Of a DNA stretch of 64,000 bases, positions 33,452 through 42,946 are shown piece by piece. A program made the position numbers and the translations under genes. The notes beneath the pieces were generated by a model that worked only from the letters and a program-made list of their open reading frames with translations, did not search any database and was not told where the DNA came from. This DNA comes from an uncultured Gemmatimonadales bacterium (lineage in GTDB: Bacteria; Gemmatimonadota; Gemmatimonadetes; Gemmatimonadales; GWC2-71-9), in contig CAWHFW010000002.1 in NCBI GenBank assembly GCA_963828735.1, positions 448,001 to 512,000 of the forward strand, read 5' to 3'. The first letter of the stretch is position 1. Every line of letters begins with the position of its first letter.

Positions 33452-35190
33452 GTGCGCCTGCATCGCGTCCTGCTGGTTCGCTCGCCGCTGCTCGCGGCCG
33501 CGGCCTGCGCCCACCACCCGAGCCCGGGCACCCCCGGTCTCGCGACTGGCGTCGCCTCCGACTGGACCTTCGCCGGCCGGGCCAGAGTCACCGAGGGCTC
33601 GCGCGCGATGGTGGTGGCGGGCAGCGGCATCGCCAGCGAGGTGGGGCGAGACATCCTGCAGCACGGTGGCAACGCGGTGGACGCGGCGGTGGCGGTGGGC
33701 TTCGCCCTCGCGGTGGTGCATCCCGAGGCGGGCAACCTGGGCGGGGGCGGATTCATGGTGATCCGACTCAAGGATGGCACGGTCGCAGACGCTCGACTAC
33801 CGCGAGACGGCGCCCGGCTCGCGTGCCACACGCGACATGTACCTCGACGAGCACGGGCGAACCGACCGATCGCAGCCTGACACGGGCACCTCGCCGCCGG
33901 CGTGCCTGGAGCGGTCGCGGGCCTGACCGAGGCGCCTGCACCGGTACGGCACGCTCCCGCTCGCGACGGTGATCGCGCCGGCCATCCGGCTGGCGCGCGA
34001 CGGATTCGTCGTCGACGAATACCGCAGCAGGTCCATCGGAGGCGACAGTGCTCGACTCGTCCTGTTCCCCGCCTCGCGTGCGAGCTTCCTCCCCAACGGC
34101 GCGCCGCCGGTCCCCGGCACAGTGCTCCGGCAGCCCGATCTGGCCACGACGCTCGAGGCGATCCGCGATCGCGGGCGCCGACGGGTTCTACCGGGGCCCG
34201 GTCGCGGACCTGATGGTCGCCGAGATGGACCGCGGCGGCGGCCTCATCTCGCATGACGACCTGGCGGGATATCACGCGATCTGGCGCGATCCGATCAAGG
34301 TCCGCTACCGCGGCTACACCATCTACTCGATGCCGCCCGCGTCCTCCGGCGGCGTGACGATGGGCGAGATCTTGAACATCATGGAGGGGTACGATCCGCT
34401 GCCTCCGTTCGGCACGCCAGCGCTGGTCCATCTCGAGGCGGAGGCGATGCGCCGAGCGTTTACCGATCGGAACAGGTACCTGGGCGACCCGGCCTTCGTG
34501 CAGAACCCGACGGACCGACTGCTGTCAAAGGCCTACGCCGCCGAGCTGCGCAGGGGCATCGGCGAGCGCGCCACGCCGACCGCGACGTTCACGCCGGCGG
34601 TCCGTGCCGGCGCCTCGACGACCCACTACTCGGTGGTAGACCAAGACGGCGTAGCCGTGAGCTGCACTACGACGCTCAACGACAGCTACGGCAGCGCGGT
34701 AACCGTCACCGGCGCGGGCTTCCTCCTCAACGACGAGATGGACGATTTCGCGACCGCGCCCGGCAAGCCCAACATGTATGGCCTGGTCCAGGGCGAGGCG
34801 AACGCCATCGCGCCGGGCAAGCGCATGCTCTCCGCCATGACGCCGAGCCTGGTGCTCGACCCGGAGGGCCGGCTCCTCATGGTCGTGGGAACGCCGGGCG
34901 GTCCGCGCATCATCACGATGGTGTACCACGTGATCTCCAACGTCATCGATCACCACATGCCGCTGGCGCAGGCAGTCGAGATGCCGCGCATGCACCACCA
35001 GGGATTGCCGGACACGCTCAAGGTCGAGCAGGGCGGCTTTCCGCCGGCGACCATGGACAGCCTTCGAGCCCGCGGGCACGCGATCGGGATCGGGGGCTAC
35101 TGGGGTGACGTCGAGGCGATCATGCGGACCCCAAAGGGTTGGGAGGGCGTGAGCGATCCGCGGCGCGGAGGCGGAGGGGCGGGCTACTAG
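33452..35190 (+). CDS. ggt: Gamma-glutamyltranspeptidase, probable lipoprotein (several frameshifts, about 33790-34180)
   Basis: Lipobox [39 protein letters not shown] (Thr nucleophile); [18 protein letters not shown]. Confidence 0.92.
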
Positions 35191-35213
35191 CACCCATGAT
35201 CGGGGGCGGAAAT

Positions 35214-35270
35214 GAGCGAGGGATCTCCTCCGACACTGGCTCGCGCCAGTCCGGAGCAGATCCCTCGCTC
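35214..35270. repeat. Long REP-like palindrome between convergent genes
   Basis: Perfect 13-bp outer arms GAGCGAGGGATCT/AGATCCCTCGCTC; inner stems CTCCG/CGGAG and ACTGGC/GCCAGT. Confidence 0.65.
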
Positions 35271-35290
35271 GCTGGTCAGGAAGCGGGGGG

Positions 35291-36130
35291 CTAGGTGCCG
35301 GCCAGCAGCTGCTGGTCCAGCGTCAGCGTGACCTGCGTGCCCGAGGGCAGGACGACGTCGCGGTCCTTCGTCTCGACCGCCCGCTGAGCGCCGACCGCGC
35401 CGCCGAGAACGCCGCCGATGATGGCGCCCTTGCTGCTGCCGCCGATGATCCGCCCGATAATGGCGCCGGCCGCGGTGCCCGCGCCGACCTTGGCGATATC
35501 GCCGCCACCGGTCTTGCGACCCTGCAGTGTGGTCTTCACGCCCGAGATCGATGCCGAGAGGGGCTTCGTCCCGCCGGCCATCGCGATCGAGGTTGGCTTG
35601 AGAGTGAGCGTACCGGTGCTATCGCCCTTGTTCTCGGATTCTTTGATCGCGGTCACCTCCAGGGTGACCTTGGAGCCCGCCGGGATCACGACCTGGCCCG
35701 CGGCGTTCTTCACATCGGCCGCGACGGTGGCGGTCACCGTATCGCCGACCTTGTTCTTGCCCGAGCGCACTTCGGCGTCCATCGTGGCCGAGAACGACGC
35801 CCCGGCATCGAGGGCGCTGGGAGCTGCGGGCGCCGGCGCAGGCGCGGCGGGCGCCGGAGCCGCCGCCGCGGGCGGAGCGGCCGGCTTGGGCGTCGGCTTG
35901 GGCTTCGGCGCCGCCGGCTTGGGAGTCGGTGGTGGCGTCGGCGCGGGCGCCGGAGCGGCGGCGGGGGCGGTGTCCGCGGCCGGCCGGTCGTTCAGCGTCG
36001 CGGTCGTGTCCACGGGCGCGAGCTGCAGGTCACGGCTCAGGCTGTCGGCGGACGCGACATCACGCTTGTCGCCCCGACCGCACGCGGCGGCCGCGAGCAG
36101 CGTGAGCGCGGCCAGCATGGTTCTCGACAT
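35291..36130 (-). CDS. Pro/Ala-rich lipoprotein with beta domain and glycine zipper
   Basis: MSRTMLAALTLLAAAA-C lipobox; PAPAP/PKP linker; GAGTAAGAIIGRIIGG...GAIIGGVLGGAVG. Confidence 0.85.
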   Translation of the reverse strand: MSRTMLAALTLLAAAACGRGDKRDVASADSLSRDLQLAPVDTTATLNDRPAADTAPAAAPAPAPTPPPTPKPAAPKPKPTPKPAAPPAAAAPAPAAPAPAPAAPSALDAGASFSATMDAEVRSGKNKVGDTVTATVAADVKNAAGQVVIPAGSKVTLEVTAIKESENKGDSTGTLTLKPTSIAMAGGTKPLSASISGVKTTLQGRKTGGGDIAKVGAGTAAGAIIGRIIGGSSKGAIIGGVLGGAVGAQRAVETKDRDVVLPSGTQVTLTLDQQLLAGT

Positions 36131-36191
36131 CGTCTCCTCCTCGGTGATGTGACTTGCCGGGGTCAGGCGCCACGGTGACATTCCACCGATC

Positions 36192-37967
36192 ATGACTGAA
36201 CTGCGGGCTCTGCTCCCCTATCTGCGGCCCTACCGGCGCGACTACGCGATCGGCATGGCGATGGTCGTCCTGTCCAACGCCTTCGTGACGCGCGGAGTCA
36301 AGTACATCGAACAGGCCATCGACGCGCTACGGACCGGCGCCGGGTTCCCGGCGGTTCAGCGCGCCATCTGGCTGCTTCTGGCGGTCGCGCTGGTCGGCGG
36401 GGTCGCCCGGTACGGCATGCGCGAACTCTTGAACAGTGGCAGCCGCCGCGTCGAGACGGACCTGCGCGACCACCTGTACAGACATTTGCAGCGGATGTCG
36501 GCCGAATTCTACGACCGATACCCGACCGGCGATGTGATGGCCCGCACCACCAACGACCTGCTCGCCGTCCGGATGGTGGCGGGCCCGGCCGTCATGTACA
36601 TAGTGGATACTACCATCCGCACTCTGCTAATTGCACCCGCGATGGTGGGGATCAATCCTCGCCTCACGCTACTCGCGCTCGTCCCCTTGCTCGGACTTCC
36701 GGTGGCCATGGTGTCGCTCGGGCAGCGGATTCATCGGCGTAGCCAGGCCATCCAGGAACAGTTCAGCGATCTCACCACGCAGGCGCACGAGAACCTGAGC
36801 GGCGTTCGGGTGGTGCGGGCGTATCGGCAGGAGCACGCCGAGATCGAGGCCTTCCGCCGCCTGAGCGACGAGTACCTCGGGCGCAACGTGGAGCTGGCCA
36901 GGATCCAGGGCGTCTTCTTCCCCCTTCTGACGCTCCTCGGCGGCCTGAGCGCGCTGGTGGTGCTCTACGTCGGTGGACGCCTGGTCATGACTGGCACGAT
37001 CACGGTCGGGGCCTTCGTTGCCTTCGGCGTGTACCTCGCGATGCTGGTCTGGCCGATGATCGCGCTGGGCTGGGCGGTCAATCTGGTGCAGCGCGGAGCC
37101 GCATCGATGGGCCGGATCAACCAGCTCTTCCGGGAGCGCGAGGCGATCGCCGAGCCCGCGGCGCCGCTCGCGCTGCCGCCGGCACACGGGGGCCGCGTCG
37201 TCGAGTTCCGGAGCGTCTCGTTCACCTATCCCGGGGCGCGTGACCGCGGAGCAGTGCTGCACGACATCTCCTTCAGGGTGGACGCGGGGCGGTCGCTCGC
37301 CATCGTCGGCGCCACTGGCGCCGGCAAGTCGACGCTGGTGGACCTGATCGTGCGCGCATACGACCCGGAGGCGGGCGCCGTCCTGCTCGATGGTGTGGAC
37401 ATTCGTCGCCTGCAACTCGCGGAGCTCCGCGAGGCGGTCGGCTTCGTCCCCCAGGAGACCTTCCTCTTCAGCGAGACGCTCCGGGACAACGTGCTACTCG
37501 GCGCGCCCGACGACGGCCGGCTGGAGCGGGTGTCGGACGTGGCCCAGCTCACCGAGGCCCTGCCCGCCCTGCCCAAAGGCTTCGATACGATGCTGGGCGA
37601 GCGCGGCATCAATCTGAGCGGCGGCCAGAAGCAGCGGAGCGCCATCGCCCGGGCGTTGGCGCAGGACCCGCCGGTGTTCGTGCTGGACGACGCGCTGAGC
37701 GCGGTAGATGCGCAGACGGAGGCCAAGATCCTTCGCGCCCTGCGAGGCGCGCTGGTCGGGCGCACCAGCATCATCGTGTCCCACCGTCTCGCGGCCGTGC
37801 GCGACGCGGACTGGATTCTGGTGCTGGAACAGGGCCGGGTCGTGGAGGAGGGGCGCCACACCGATCTGATTGCGCGCGGCGGACGCTACTGGGAGCTGCT
37901 GAGGCGCCAGCAGCTCGAAGAGGAGCTCGAGGAAACCGACGCCGCCGAAGTGGCGCCGACGGTCTGA
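36192..37967 (+). CDS. ABC exporter, fused permease/ATPase (MdlA/YheI-like)
   Basis: N-terminal transmembrane domain; GATGAGKS, LSGGQKQR, VLDDALSAVD, SHR. Confidence 0.95.
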   Translation: MTELRALLPYLRPYRRDYAIGMAMVVLSNAFVTRGVKYIEQAIDALRTGAGFPAVQRAIWLLLAVALVGGVARYGMRELLNSGSRRVETDLRDHLYRHLQRMSAEFYDRYPTGDVMARTTNDLLAVRMVAGPAVMYIVDTTIRTLLIAPAMVGINPRLTLLALVPLLGLPVAMVSLGQRIHRRSQAIQEQFSDLTTQAHENLSGVRVVRAYRQEHAEIEAFRRLSDEYLGRNVELARIQGVFFPLLTLLGGLSALVVLYVGGRLVMTGTITVGAFVAFGVYLAMLVWPMIALGWAVNLVQRGAASMGRINQLFREREAIAEPAAPLALPPAHGGRVVEFRSVSFTYPGARDRGAVLHDISFRVDAGRSLAIVGATGAGKSTLVDLIVRAYDPEAGAVLLDGVDIRRLQLAELREAVGFVPQETFLFSETLRDNVLLGAPDDGRLERVSDVAQLTEALPALPKGFDTMLGERGINLSGGQKQRSAIARALAQDPPVFVLDDALSAVDAQTEAKILRALRGALVGRTSIIVSHRLAAVRDADWILVLEQGRVVEEGRHTDLIARGGRYWELLRRQQLEEELEETDAAEVAPTV

Positions 37968-38071
37968 GGGGACGAACTAGTCGGGCGGCGCGGCCCCAGA
38001 GGCACTGAGGAGCGGGGAACGGCACCTTGCGCCGCTCCCCACCCCTGCGCGCCTTGGGCCCCTCCGGGTCC

Positions 38072-38800
38072 CTAGATTTTTTCCCGGAGGACGTCGGGCG
38101 TGAACTGCTGCAGCCAGCCTGCCAATCTGGTGAACTCCCCCGTGGTCATCAGGATTCCCACGAAGATGAGCAACGCACCGCTCACCCGCATCACCCACGG
38201 CAGATAGCGCCGGAAGCGCTGGAACCAGTCCAGAAACGCGTCCAACGCCACGGCGGCCAGCAGGAACGGGACCGCCAGACCCGCCGAGTACACGGCGAGA
38301 AGAAGCAGGCCCCGCGTGAGGTCGTGCGATGTCGCCGCGAGCCCGAGGATCGCGCCCAGCACGGGCCCGATGCATGGCGTCCAACCGGCCCCGAAGGCCA
38401 TGCCGACCAGCGCCGATCCGAGGTATCCCACTGGCTTCTGGTCCACCTGGAGCCGACGCTCCTGGTTCAGGAACGGCGCCTTGACGACGCCCAGACAGAT
38501 CAGCCCGAACAGGATGATCAGGGCGCCGCCGATGCGCTGGAGCCATTGCTGGTAGTAGTTGAGCGCGCGGCCGAGGGCAGTGGCGCTGGCGCCGAGCACC
38601 ATGAAGACCAGCGTGAAGCCGAGCACGAACAGGAGCGCGTGCCCGAGTGCCACGCGGCGCCGAGCCGCCACCTCCGGCAGGCTCATCCCGGTGAGAAACC
38701 CGATGTAGGACGGCACCAGCGGCAACACGCACGGCGAGAGGAAGCTCAACAGCCCGGCCGCGAACGCGACGAACAGCCCGAGGGTGGCGGGCTCGCTCAC
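38072..38800 (-). CDS. ccdA: Cytochrome c biogenesis protein CcdA
   Basis: SFLSPCVLPLVPSY and GWTPCIGPVL. Confidence 0.92.
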   Translation of the reverse strand: MSEPATLGLFVAFAAGLLSFLSPCVLPLVPSYIGFLTGMSLPEVAARRRVALGHALLFVLGFTLVFMVLGASATALGRALNYYQQWLQRIGGALIILFGLICLGVVKAPFLNQERRLQVDQKPVGYLGSALVGMAFGAGWTPCIGPVLGAILGLAATSHDLTRGLLLLAVYSAGLAVPFLLAAVALDAFLDWFQRFRRYLPWVMRVSGALLIFVGILMTTGEFTRLAGWLQQFTPDVLREKI

Positions 38801-39267
38801 AGCGCGCCCAGCTCCTGCTGCCGGCACTGCCGGCAGACCCCGTAGATCTCGACCCGGTGGCGGCCATGCTGGAACGCGTGCTCATCAGCGATGATCGGGA
38901 GCATCCGCTCGAGCCGCTCGTTCTGAAACTCCACGACGCGTCCGCAGCGCTCGCAGATCAGGTGCTCGTGGTGCGCCTGCGCCGGCATCGGCTCGTAGCG
39001 CTTGAAGCCCTCGCCGAAGTCGTGCGCGCGCACGAGGCCGCTCTCGACCAGCACGTCGAGTGTGCGATACACGGTGGCGGTGCCGACGTGCTCGCCGCGC
39101 TCCTTGAGCGCGCGGCGAATGCCTTCGACCGACGGATGGTCATCCGACAGGAGGACGATCTGCGCGACCAGGTCGCGCTGGCGGGTGACAGGCTGGCGGT
39201 GCTCGCGGAGATAGCGCCGAAAGCGCTCGAGGAGGGCCGCGCCCTCGCCGCTAGCGAGGCTGGGCAT
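38797..39267 (-). CDS. Fur-family transcriptional regulator
   Basis: TRQR, DHPSVE, ATVYRTL, HHEHLICERCG, CRQC. Confidence 0.95.
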   Translation of the reverse strand: MPSLASGEGAALLERFRRYLREHRQPVTRQRDLVAQIVLLSDDHPSVEGIRRALKERGEHVGTATVYRTLDVLVESGLVRAHDFGEGFKRYEPMPAQAHHEHLICERCGRVVEFQNERLERMLPIIADEHAFQHGRHRVEIYGVCRQCRQQELGAL

Positions 39268-39613
39268 CGGCGGCCGCCGCGAAGAACTCCTCGGGCGGCA
39301 CGGGCACCGGCGGCTGCTCGTCGTCGATGCGGCGCTGCGCGTCGTTGAGCAGCTGGGCCAGGGCCTCGACCGGTCCGCTTCCCACCTCGGCCACCGACGC
39401 CTCGAACTTGCCACGCTCCTTGCCCTTGATGGCCAGCATGTAGCGAGCCGTGTAGATCCGGCGCCGCTCGCCATCCACCCGCGACAGGATCGCGGTGCCC
39501 CACTCGCGGCCCTCGTGACGCAGGGTCGTGAACACCCAGACGCCGTCCACCTCGGCCGGCGGCACCTGCTCCGCCACCGCGGCCGCAAGCCGGGGCCAGC
39601 CAAGCCCGGTCAT
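39251..39613 (-). CDS. Hypothetical protein
   Basis: 120-aa ORF (MTGLGWPRL...) overlapping both neighbours; normal composition. Confidence 0.75.
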   Translation of the reverse strand: MTGLGWPRLAAAVAEQVPPAEVDGVWVFTTLRHEGREWGTAILSRVDGERRRIYTARYMLAIKGKERGKFEASVAEVGSGPVEALAQLLNDAQRRIDDEQPPVPVPPEEFFAAAADAQPR

Positions 39614-40701
39614 GTGCCGCTCTGCTCCCATCGCTCCGTGTAGAATCGCAACACGTGCATGAAGTCCTGGGCATTGGTCACGACCCCGTAGGCCTGGTGA
39701 GTGCCCCGGTCCTTGAGCTTGTTCACCACGAACTCGGTCTGATCGACGCAAATGGTCATGAGCGGCGCCGGGCCCTGATCGCCGAGGTAGAACGCCGGCA
39801 GCATGTTGCCCACCGCGATCGCGTGCAGCGCCGTCGCCACAAAGATGGCACCCGTCGCCTTGACCGTGTGCTCGCGCATCGCATCCTGCGCGGCCAGCGT
39901 CTCGCTGTAAACGCCGGGCAACGGGCCGTCATCGCGAATGGACCCCGCCAGCACGTAGGGCACGTGCTGCGACACGAGCGCATGCATGATCCCGCTCTTG
40001 ATGAGGCCCGTCTCGACGGCGCGCTCGATCGAGCCGGCGGCCCGCACGCGGTTGATCGCCCGCATGTGGAGGCCGTGGCCGCCTTCGGTCGGCTGCCCGG
40101 TGTTGGTCATCCCGAGGGTAGTGCCGAAGATCGCCGCCTCGATGTCGTGCACCGCGACCGCGTTGCCCGCGAGCACCGCCTGCACGTACCCCTGCCGGAT
40201 GAACCACTCGAAATCCGCCCGGGCGCGCGAGTGCACCAGCGCCGGCCCGACGACCCAGACGAGGTACCCGCCGCGACGCTTCTCCTCGCCGACGCGCGCG
40301 GCCAGCTCCTCGTAATTGACCGGCCGCTCGCGGCTCACCTCGGTGGACATGAAACGGAATTCATTGGCCCCGTGACCGCCGCCCAGGAACCCTTCCGAGT
40401 GGACCACGATGCCGTCGGTACCGTCCTCGGCTTCGCCCATGGCCACGAGGTCACCCTTCCGCAGCCGGCGCGGCTCGATGGTCTCGATTGCACGGTCGCG
40501 TTTCACCAGGACGCAGTCCATCCGCGGCCGCGTCGGGGCGAGCCAGCGCCCGTCCACGTGAACGTACGTCGGAAGGTTGGACGTCGAGAAGAAGCCTTCG
40601 GGCAGGACGCCGTCGGCCGGAAGGGGGGCAAACCGAGCCTCCGGCGAGCCCGCGAACGGAGGCCGCGCGAAGTCCGGCAGCGCCTTGTGAGTCGTGGTCA
40701 T
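39610..40701 (-). CDS. TIGR00300/LOR-SDH-family protein (ornithine cyclodeaminase-like, as in the ArgZ/AgrE C-terminal region)
   Basis: DGVLPEGFFSTSN, RMDC, FMSTEVSRER, AGNAVAVHDIE, LAGSIRDDGPLP, LHAIAVGNMLP, KLKDRGT. Confidence 0.88.
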   Translation of the reverse strand: MTTTHKALPDFARPPFAGSPEARFAPLPADGVLPEGFFSTSNLPTYVHVDGRWLAPTRPRMDCVLVKRDRAIETIEPRRLRKGDLVAMGEAEDGTDGIVVHSEGFLGGGHGANEFRFMSTEVSRERPVNYEELAARVGEEKRRGGYLVWVVGPALVHSRARADFEWFIRQGYVQAVLAGNAVAVHDIEAAIFGTTLGMTNTGQPTEGGHGLHMRAINRVRAAGSIERAVETGLIKSGIMHALVSQHVPYVLAGSIRDDGPLPGVYSETLAAQDAMREHTVKATGAIFVATALHAIAVGNMLPAFYLGDQGPAPLMTICVDQTEFVVNKLKDRGTHQAYGVVTNAQDFMHVLRFYTERWEQSGT

Positions 40702-40796
40702 TTGCGGGAGGAAACTAGAGGGGGCGAAGGGGGGATACAAGCACCGCGCATGGCACTCGGGGCCGTTTAGGTTTCACGCCAACCCGAGGAGACCTC

Positions 40797-42918
40797 ATGC
40801 GCCAATTCGCCCAGATGTTGATCGCAGTCCTCGTCGCCCCCTCCCTCGCCGCCCAGGTGCCGGCACCCGCCGATACCACTCGCCGCGACACCACGCACGT
40901 CACCGAGCTCCCGGAGCTCAACGTGACCGTGACGCGGACGACCGAGCCGTTGACGCGCGTGCCGTTCGCGACCGGCGTCCTCGATCGCACGGCGCTGCAG
41001 CGAGGCCAACAGACGGTCGGCATCGACGAGGCGCTCAACAACATCCCGGGTGTGGTCGTCTCGAACCGGTACAACTATTCGCTCGACCAGCGCATCTCCA
41101 TCCGCGGCTTCGGGAGCCGCTCCAATTTCGGCGTGCGCGGGCTCAAGATCCTGGTGGATGGAGTTCCGCAGACGCTTCCCGACGGCCAAAGCCAGCTCAC
41201 CAACGTGGACTTCGGAAACCTCGAGCGTGCCGAAGTCCTCCGCGGCTCCGCCTCGTCGCTCTACGGGAACGCGTCCGGCGGCGTCATCTCGTTCGAGACC
41301 ATGGGCGCCGCGCAGGCGCCGATCGCCCAGCGCGTGCGGTTTCAGGGCGGAGGCGGCGAGCGGGACGGCGACGGTTTCTACAAGTGGCAGAGCTGGACAT
41401 CCGCTCGGTCGGGCAGCGCGAGCGGGACGCTGTCGATCTCGCAATTCAAGGCCGACGGCTTCCGGCAGCACAGCGCCGGGGAGACCCGACAGCTCAACGC
41501 CGGCGTGGACTACGCCTTCAGCGGCACGACGCTCGGTCGGGTCCGACTGAGCCTGGCGGACAACCCGGAGGCGCAAAATCCGGGAGCGCTGACACGCAAC
41601 GAGTATGTCGCCAATCGGGATTCGGCCGCGGCCTCCAACATCCTCCGCGGCGCCGATAAGGACGTTCAGCAGCAGCAGCTCTCGCTCGGCCTTCAGCATT
41701 TCGACGCCGCGGGCAACGAATACGAGGTGACGGTGTTCGGCGTGCTTCGCAATCTGGCCAATCCGCTCGCGGCGCCGCCCGACATCAATCCGGGACCGAC
41801 GGCAGGCACCTTCGTCACCATCGACCGTGCCGTGGCGGGGCTTCGGCTGAGCGGCAGCCGACGGCTCGGCACGGGCGAGATGGCACCCCGGCTGGTGGCC
41901 GGCGCTGACCTGCAAGGCCTGCGGGACGATCGGACGAACGCCGTATCGGATGCCGGGACGCCGACGGACCAGATCTTTCTCGACCAGCGGGAAAGGGTCA
42001 CCGAGCTCGGCCCGTTCGCCCAGCTCCAATGGAGCCCACACGCAGCAGCTCCTGCTGAACGGCGGCGCGCGCTACGACTGGGTCCACTTCTCCGTGGAGG
42101 ACCACTACCTGGGCGACGGATCCGACGACAGCGGCGCGCGCACGATGTCGTCGCTGAGCGGGAACGTGGGGGCCAGCTGGTCGTTCGGCGACCCGTTCGT
42201 GCCTTACGTGAACGTCTCCACGTCCTTCGAGACCCCGACCACCACGGAGCTCGCGAACCAGCCGGACGGCTCGGGCGGCTTCAATCCGGATCTGGGTCCG
42301 CAACGCGCCGTCAACTACGAGATCGGGGCACGAGGGCAGGCCGCGCCCGGGGTCACCTATTCCGTGGCCCTGTTCCTGGGCCGGATCACGGATGCGATCG
42401 TCCAGGTCGGTGAGATCGGGGGCCGCGCGTTCTTCGGCAACACAGGGAAGACGCACAACGACGGGGCCGAGATCGGGCTCACCGTCACGCCCACGGCGGG
42501 TGTCACCCTGAGCGGTGCCTACACCTACGCGCATTACCGCTTCGCGAGCGGCGACTTCGACGGCAACAAGCTTCCCGGCGTGCCGGATAATTTCGTGCGG
42601 ATCGGGCTCCGGACCTCCCTGCCCCGCGGGTTCTTCCTCGATGCCGACCAGACGATCAGCTCGTCGGTGCCCGCCGACGACGCCAACACGATCATCATCG
42701 ACTCGTGGGACGCGGGAGTCACCAATGCCCGGCTCGGCTGGCAGGGTGTCGCGGGCACCCTGCAACTCGGCCCGTTTCTGGGCGTGAACAACCTGTGGGA
42801 TCGGCAGTACGTCGGGTCGGTGACGCTCAACGGCATCGGCGGGCGCGTGTTCGAGCCCGCACCGAGGCGGGTGATCTATCTGGGAGCGGAGATCGGATAT
42901 CGGACGGCGGGCGAGTAG
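40797..42918 (+). CDS. TonB-dependent receptor, YncD/PqqU-like (frameshift near 42038)
   Basis: Signal peptide; plug NRYNYSLDQRISIRGFGSRSNFGVRG...PDGQ...EVLRG..SLYGNASGG; FETPT..EL; NNLWDRQYVGSV..N...FEPAP. Confidence 0.9.
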
Positions 42919-42946
42919 AGGGGTCGGACAATCGTGGCCTTCACCG

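Noticed and set aside
35820..35990. Repetitive GC-rich DNA as a possible repeat array
   Set aside because: It encodes the Pro/Ala linker of the lipoprotein and has no constant repeat-spacer structure.
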